From: Albugo candida
Taxonomy: Eukaryota
Direction of reading: 5' to 3'
DNA length: 64,000 bases
Assembly (NCBI GenBank): GCA_040437565.1
Contig: JBDOQK010000006.1
Span: forward strand, 310,001 to 374,000
Below, piece after piece: positions 58,459 to 64,000 of this stretch. The translations under genes and the position numbers were made by a program. The notes beneath the pieces were generated by a model that saw only the letters and a program-made list of their open reading frames with translations, had not been told where the DNA came from and made no database searches. Each line of letters opens with the position of its first letter. The first letter of the stretch is position 1.

Positions 58459-61400
58459 CTATTGACCCCTCGGACAATCGGGACGTGGATACTCTCGCGC
58501 TTGATGCATGTTGCGAAGACCCGCTTTCAAGGCCTCAAAACCTACACCACCTTGATTGTAGACATTGACACCTGGAGGAGCCGGTCGGAACATCGGGCCT
58601 CGGGCGAAATTTGGATTGAAGAATGGAGGCGGCCATACTGGATAATATGGAGGTGGTATATGTACGACAGGAGGCATTGTGGCTGGTCTATATGGATAAA
58701 TGGCAGGTTGATTGGTTTGATGCCCAACGCCATAATTGGTGCTGTAGCTCGGAACATTACTAGATGAAGATACAGCGGGAGCTTGGGGATGATCACGAGG
58801 AGGAGCATTGGGACGAACCCGGGAGCGATCTTGGGTGCTGGATTGGGTACGATCTCGAGAACGATTTTGGGACCGATCACGAGAACGACCTTGAGAGCGA
58901 TCTCGAGACCGATCACGAGAGCGATTCAGGGACCGATCTTGAGACCGGTCTGTAACTTGGGCACGATTTTGGGGACGATCACGAGAACGATCTCGAGAAC
59001 GTACGCGATCGTAGCTGTTCGAGGATTGTGATGGGCCATACCCATTCTTCTGCTGCTTGCTTCTAGGCTCTTGAGATCCCCATTGCCCAAAACCGTTTGT
59101 CAAGTATTGATTGAATTGAGGACGATCATTACCAGATCGACCGCCATTTTGGTATGAGCCTCGTTGTCGATCAAATGACCCAAGGCGGGCATGTGTGGCA
59201 TTGGTGAGACCACTTTTGACTCCAGCAAGATCAGTTATATTGATGTTGCCCCTTCCGAGACATGGGATTGAGATGCGAAGATCACTTTGCGATATCAAGA
59301 CCGGTTGCGGACGCACAGCACCTCCAAGAAGCTTGCAAATGTGAGGTAATTTCACCGGTGGCAAATACTGGAATGAATGGCACTGATTATTGGATATGTC
59401 CATAAAATGTTGGGGCTTTTTTTCGGGGCTTGGTACGATACATCCTGTTGGAAAGTGTAGCGCTTCCACGTAAAACAATGCGCCCGAAAACGATGTTGAA
59501 ATGGAAGGATCCAACTCGACAAGAGTGTTCTTTGTATCAGGTAGAGATCCTTTTGTCAAACGGCAGCCGGAATGGAAGAACACAATCTCTTTTCCATAAC
59601 GCTGATTTCGTTTTTTCTCCAATGCGCTCAATTTTTTACTTTCAGGTTCCATAGCTTCGAGTAAGCGAGCTTCGTCGATGAAAGGAAGCAACACGACCCA
59701 TAGCCACGGCATTGGCTTGCCATTTGGATCAACGGGGATTTCAGTTGGATAAAAATCGATAATTGGCGACTTTGGGTCGCGTAAAAGCCATCGGTATGGC
59801 TTTGGAATCGCATGGGCACTTGCAGCCGGAAACACACCCATGAGTTGCTCAAAAGGACGAAAAGGTTGGCCAAGATCGAATGAAATTGTAAAGCGATCAA
59901 TGTCCACCAGATCGGAGGCAAATGGAGCATAGTGGAAAGGATAGAACCAGTTCCAAGACGCGCACCCGGAATAGTAATACTTCATAACCCAGCACAAACC
60001 TTCGACATAGCTTTGCAATACTTTAGCCTTTCCTCCTCCGTGAGCAATATCATCAGCTTTGAACTTGTCATTATAATACCGTTTCTTCCAGCCTGGCTCA
60101 CCTAAACGAACAACATCTTTCACTCCTTGTCGATGTTTGTCAAGCTGTTCATCCACCATTTCTTTCACCCTTGCTTGTATTGCTTGATCCGCACTCATTC
60201 CGCCATATTTGGCGTTAGCGGTAGCGGTGTTTTGATCAATTCGGCACTTTTTTTGTATTTCAATTGCATCTGATCGCACAGAAGCAGCGCCTATTTGGTC
60301 TTTCTTCTCATTCGAGAGTCGATTCTTGCGAACTCTCTCAGATTCTGCTTGTTTTGCTGCGCGGCGTAGGAATACTTCATCTTCCACAGCACCAACTTCC
60401 GCTAAAATGGCATTTACGCGCGACAAATTGACCTCACCAGAATCCGTCAAGTAACCTTTGAGCGTTGGAAGGAGCTTTGCGTATAGCAGAATTAGGAAAT
60501 CCAGAGCTCCATCACGTATGTCCAGAGATGGCAAATGTGGAAGAAAATCATTGCCCACGAAGAAACATAGGAATACAAAATCATCCACGATTCTCTCGAA
60601 ATCATACGGAAATGGTAGCGTCTGAGCTAGCGGCAGAAATTCAAATTCGAGGTACTCTCTCAGGATAGCGATATGAAGAAATTGCAATGGTGTCTGGTCG
60701 GTAGGTGTTACGTCGGCATCATGCTCTCCATGCTCACCTCGTTTCCTTTTTCTCAAATCTTGCGTTCCATTCGCATCGAGGATCGTCAACTGCTTGGCTT
60801 TTTCCCGTTCGTATTTTTGCTTGCCAAATAGGACTTCTTCTCTCAGAATTGTAAAATTGACTTCGTGAGTTGCTAATCCCAGCATAATAAGATCTGCATC
60901 TAGTCCATGAAGCACATGGTGCTGATTGGGATCATAACCCGGTTGACTACGCTGAAGCCGAACGAAAGACATCAACTTGTGCTCTCCTTCACCTGGTACG
61001 CTTGCGTCACTAAAAACCACTTTGATCGATTTCCACGCTTCATTTTGATTGATCCTCTCTCTGATGTAAAATCGAAGATATTTCGATAACTTGGACATAA
61101 ACTTTGTACCTGGAGTGATAACATTTGAGTCCCAGCCTTTAGGTTGATCTTCATCTTGTACCTGATGACCCATTGCTTTCATATAGTCTATCGCTTGTTT
61201 TTCAATTTCACTACGTTCTTCAGCTTCTTTTGCAGAACGAAAGCGACGCGCACGTTGTTGATTCATTTTGGCACGTGGAGCCACACCATCAATTGCAAGA
61301 TATAACACTCTGCGAGGGCGTACGCCTGCCACTAAACGATCTACGTAGTCCATGACACGTTGATACATTTCTTCTTCTGTTTTGGGCTGTTCTCCATTTT

Positions 61401-61602
61401 CGGGATGAGCACAGGGATGAATCAAACCATTCATATCGATGTATAGATTTGCGACTTCTATTTCGTTCGGACTTGGACCCGTGATATCCAGCAGCTCATA
61501 GTGGCGCTTTCCTTCAATCATCACTGGAGATTGCTCCACGCAATCCACGACACACTTTGGGTATTTTGCTGAAAGCCATCGGTAAAACGCAGGAACGCCC
61601 AT
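58459..61602 (-). CDS. XRN2: 5'-3' exoribonuclease 2 (XRN2/Rat1)
   Basis: MGVPAFYRWL..KYP, NLYIDMNGLIHPC, AIDGVAPRAKMNQQR.RRF, DSNVITPGT.FM, PGEGEHK, GLDADLIMLGLATHE, GNDFLPHLP, W.YPFHYAPFASD. Length (about 1,050 aa) fits XRN2 rather than XRN1. Confidence 0.95.
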   Translation of the reverse strand: MGVPAFYRWLSAKYPKCVVDCVEQSPVMIEGKRHYELLDITGPSPNEIEVANLYIDMNGLIHPCAHPENGEQPKTEEEMYQRVMDYVDRLVAGVRPRRVLYLAIDGVAPRAKMNQQRARRFRSAKEAEERSEIEKQAIDYMKAMGHQVQDEDQPKGWDSNVITPGTKFMSKLSKYLRFYIRERINQNEAWKSIKVVFSDASVPGEGEHKLMSFVRLQRSQPGYDPNQHHVLHGLDADLIMLGLATHEVNFTILREEVLFGKQKYEREKAKQLTILDANGTQDLRKRKRGEHGEHDADVTPTDQTPLQFLHIAILREYLEFEFLPLAQTLPFPYDFERIVDDFVFLCFFVGNDFLPHLPSLDIRDGALDFLILLYAKLLPTLKGYLTDSGEVNLSRVNAILAEVGAVEDEVFLRRAAKQAESERVRKNRLSNEKKDQIGAASVRSDAIEIQKKCRIDQNTATANAKYGGMSADQAIQARVKEMVDEQLDKHRQGVKDVVRLGEPGWKKRYYNDKFKADDIAHGGGKAKVLQSYVEGLCWVMKYYYSGCASWNWFYPFHYAPFASDLVDIDRFTISFDLGQPFRPFEQLMGVFPAASAHAIPKPYRWLLRDPKSPIIDFYPTEIPVDPNGKPMPWLWVVLLPFIDEARLLEAMEPESKKLSALEKKRNQRYGKEIVFFHSGCRLTKGSLPDTKNTLVELDPSISTSFSGALFYVEALHFPTGCIVPSPEKKPQHFMDISNNQCHSFQYLPPVKLPHICKLLGGAVRPQPVLISQSDLRISIPCLGRGNINITDLAGVKSGLTNATHARLGSFDRQRGSYQNGGRSGNDRPQFNQYLTNGFGQWGSQEPRSKQQKNGYGPSQSSNSYDRVRSRDRSRDRPQNRAQVTDRSQDRSLNRSRDRSRDRSQGRSRDRSQNRSRDRTQSSTQDRSRVRPNAPPRDHPQAPAVSSSSNVPSYSTNYGVGHQTNQPAIYPYRPATMPPVVHIPPPYYPVWPPPFFNPNFARGPMFRPAPPGVNVYNQGGVGFEALKAGLRNMHQAREYPRPDCPRGQ
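58840..59012 (-). repeat. Degenerate coding tandem repeat (12/24-nt units) encoding the RSRD-rich tract of XRN2
   Basis: Recurrent cgatcacgaga / cgatctcgaga units; translates RSRDRSRDRPQNR..RSRDRSRDRSQGRSRDRSQNRSRDR. Confidence 0.75.
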
Positions 61603-61737
61603 GAGGTTCTCCTGCCAATGTATCAAATGGTAGGGACGGTTACGTGAACGGTCCGGTTTCTAACCGTGCGCGTCACTTTTACGAACGAGCAAAATATCTG
61701 ACGAAAGCCTCTACAAAAGCTGGAATGCACTGTGCAA

Positions 61738-63652
61738 ATGGATGATAATGCCCAGAAAACGTCGAAAGGCTCCGAATCTAACGAAATGAAAGCCATGGAG
61801 AAAATACGTATTAAATTATGCAAAAAAAACGGAGAGAAGTCCTTCGGAATGGGCTTGGGGAAAAAAATGGTCAAGAATAAAGAAAAGCCTCCGTCATATG
61901 CGTCTCAAATATACGTCCTGCATGTCCTCAGAAATTCTCCAGCGGAGCGAGAGAACGTGCAAAAAGGTGTTGCGTTAGATAATTGTTTTGTGCATGCGAC
62001 GTCTTAAAGACAGCTTCCATTTGTGAAGGATGGCGTATCGAGCAAGTGGAAGGGAAGACTGTTGAAGGATATAATTTGCAATCCCTCGCTTCTTTGATGA
62101 GAAGCAGCTCTTCGGTAAGTTTTTGGTGCAAAAGGGCATAAGAATGAATTGATGATGCTGAGTTTCTAGATTGAAGTAGACTTTGAGATTTCTCAAAATC
62201 AACAGCAGGATGAACGACAGGATAAAATACAAACAAACATGCTGTTGCTGGAACGTTATACAGGCTCACAATCGCAAAGCTATTTATCAGGATTTGGCAA
62301 AGCCTCTTTGAGGCAACAATACATTCGATGCGTACCACCTGGTCCCGTCAATGTTTCAACAAAGACGATATCACCAGGTGTAGGAAAAAATAGTGAGGCA
62401 CACCCGCCTGAAAGTAGTGCTTGCATCGGCGACCCAGCAATGGGAAGAAAAAGAGCTGATACTTCAGTTGCTCCCCAAGCAAAAGATAGCCATCCACAGA
62501 AACAGATGAAAATGACCGTGTGGGCCAAGAGTTCCAACATGATGAAGGCCCAGCCATGCATAGATGCGAACAAAGAGACTCCACCACATCTTGAAGAACC
62601 AAACGCATCAAGTTGTAAATCACAGCATCCGACCAATTCAATAAAAGTCGCACCTATTTGTCCCCAAACATCAGAGGAAGCGCCATCACGGAGCTCTTCA
62701 TATGCTGTTCGTTCAGTTCCACACTCAAACAATGGTACATTGTAGCACGTTGTATACAAAATCGTTGACTCATTTGAATTTGTCAGCATCCAAGTCTGAT
62801 GATCTTCGCTCTGAGCTATCAAGCCAAAAGCCCACTGGAGAATCGAATCGGCAGCGACACAGCCTGACTACTCGACGATTGACTGACATGGGCTTCGATA
62901 AAACAGATGCAGTGGCGAGTATTGCCGCTTGTGGCGACGATCCAGAGAAATGTATGGTGTGGATTGCTGCGCAATTGGAAGAAAAGCAATTCATATCGGA
63001 CCTTAACCAAGCATCCATTCAATCAGAGCTCAGCAAACAAAAAGAGGCAGCATCTCTAAAGCATAAAGAGAAGGAACTTTATAAAAAAGCCCGAGTATTC
63101 ACCTCATTATTCCCAAATGTGCGTCAAGCCACCATCCGTTTTATGAGAACTCACGATTCTGGTGTAGTCCTATATTTTGAGCGATAGAGAATCCAATACA
63201 TTGAAGGAGGTCATTGATGAGCAAATTGGCCGAACGGACAGTGAGTGTCTTCTTCGGACGACGTTGACACGACTGCTGAAATTAGAAGCCCAAGCTATCA
63301 AATGGTACAAAGTCGCCGCACGCTGTTACCTTCTTCGGATTGCAGAGAATTTGGAAGGAATCTATATCGGTGTGTTGCACAGATTAAATAGCCAAATGCT
63401 GCTAGTATTTCTAACAATGTGTTTTGCGAAAATGTAGCTGAGAGTCACAGCGTCTTTGAGTGTTGCGGAAAAGCGACTTCACTGTCTGCGTGCACATTTG
63501 TCAAGTCGATACAAACTGAAGTTGAGCTGCTTCAAAACCATTTGTTTAATATGCCAAAGATTCATGGAGGGGTCCCCATGGCTTTTTTAGAAGCGGATGA
63601 ATCCACCAAATTCAATCTAGAGGATGATGGTTTTGAAGTGATCGACAAGTAA
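61738..63652 (+). CDS. PDZ-like plus UBA domain protein, multi-exon
   Basis: KSFGMGL..IYVLHVLRNSPAER spliced (acceptor cag 62011-62013) to ASICEGWRIEQVEGKTVEG..LASLMRSS, then IEVDF, giving a PDZ pattern; later LTDMGFDKTDAVASIAACGDDPEKCMVWI is UBA-like; stop TAA 63650-63652. Confidence 0.72.
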
Positions 63653-64000
63653 AGCAATCTCATCAAACGCTGGTCAAATAGAGCGCCCGAGATCCCACTC
63701 ACTTGGTGAGTGTATACTCTGAGCGCATGAATTGGTACAATCCTGCCGGAGCACGACTTTGCTAAGGTTGTTGATGCGGCTCTAATCTTCATCCATCGGG
63801 TCGTGCAATCCCCCGCCGCATGTCAGCATCAAATTATCGTGTAGTTTTGATTGCACGTGATAGCTCAAGAAGCATGTAATTGGCACTACAATAGAATTTT
63901 TGAAGTCATATTGTTTGTCCTTTTGAGCACGTTGGCGTAAATGTACTAATGTAACGCCTTATTATCAAAATGGCTGATAATGACGAAATGCTACGAGATC

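Noticed and set aside
58840..59012. Short regularly spaced repeats that might suggest a CRISPR-like array
   Set aside because: Eukaryotic context, degenerate units with no unique spacers, and they lie in frame within XRN2.

Overview
Gene-dense, intron-poor eukaryotic DNA with short GT-AG introns (mostly about 50-60 nt) and very short intergenic gaps. Gene content and style point to an oomycete, most likely Albugo; this is an inference, not a database match. About 21 protein-coding genes are supported: an AAAP amino-acid transporter, a roughly 4,650-aa RCC1/LamG/UBA/SPRY/HECT E3 ligase, WW-cyclin Y, a CCCH-DEDD exonuclease, a tandem-CH protein, a SIRT4-like sirtuin, a large hypothetical protein, an ABHD4/5-like hydrolase, LYRM5, a CCT-domain protein, mitochondrial PheRS, a tandem TRP14-like thioredoxin, a C2 protein, GMD, IMPDH, a FYVE-AGC kinase, NADP-IDH, a tandem cNMP-binding protein, a tandem PC4 protein, a PX protein, XRN2 and a PDZ-UBA protein. 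All seven 100-N gaps are flanked by direct duplications that look like unmerged contig overlaps. Two gene-poor islands (about 17.3-21.5 kb and 36.0-39.3 kb) hold decayed signal-peptide/CxxC reading frames that resemble remnants of Albugo CCG/CHxC-type secreted effectors; this is the most interesting signal, but it is inferential. I found no convincing tRNA, rRNA, CRISPR array or intact transposon, and no clearly new multi-gene system.
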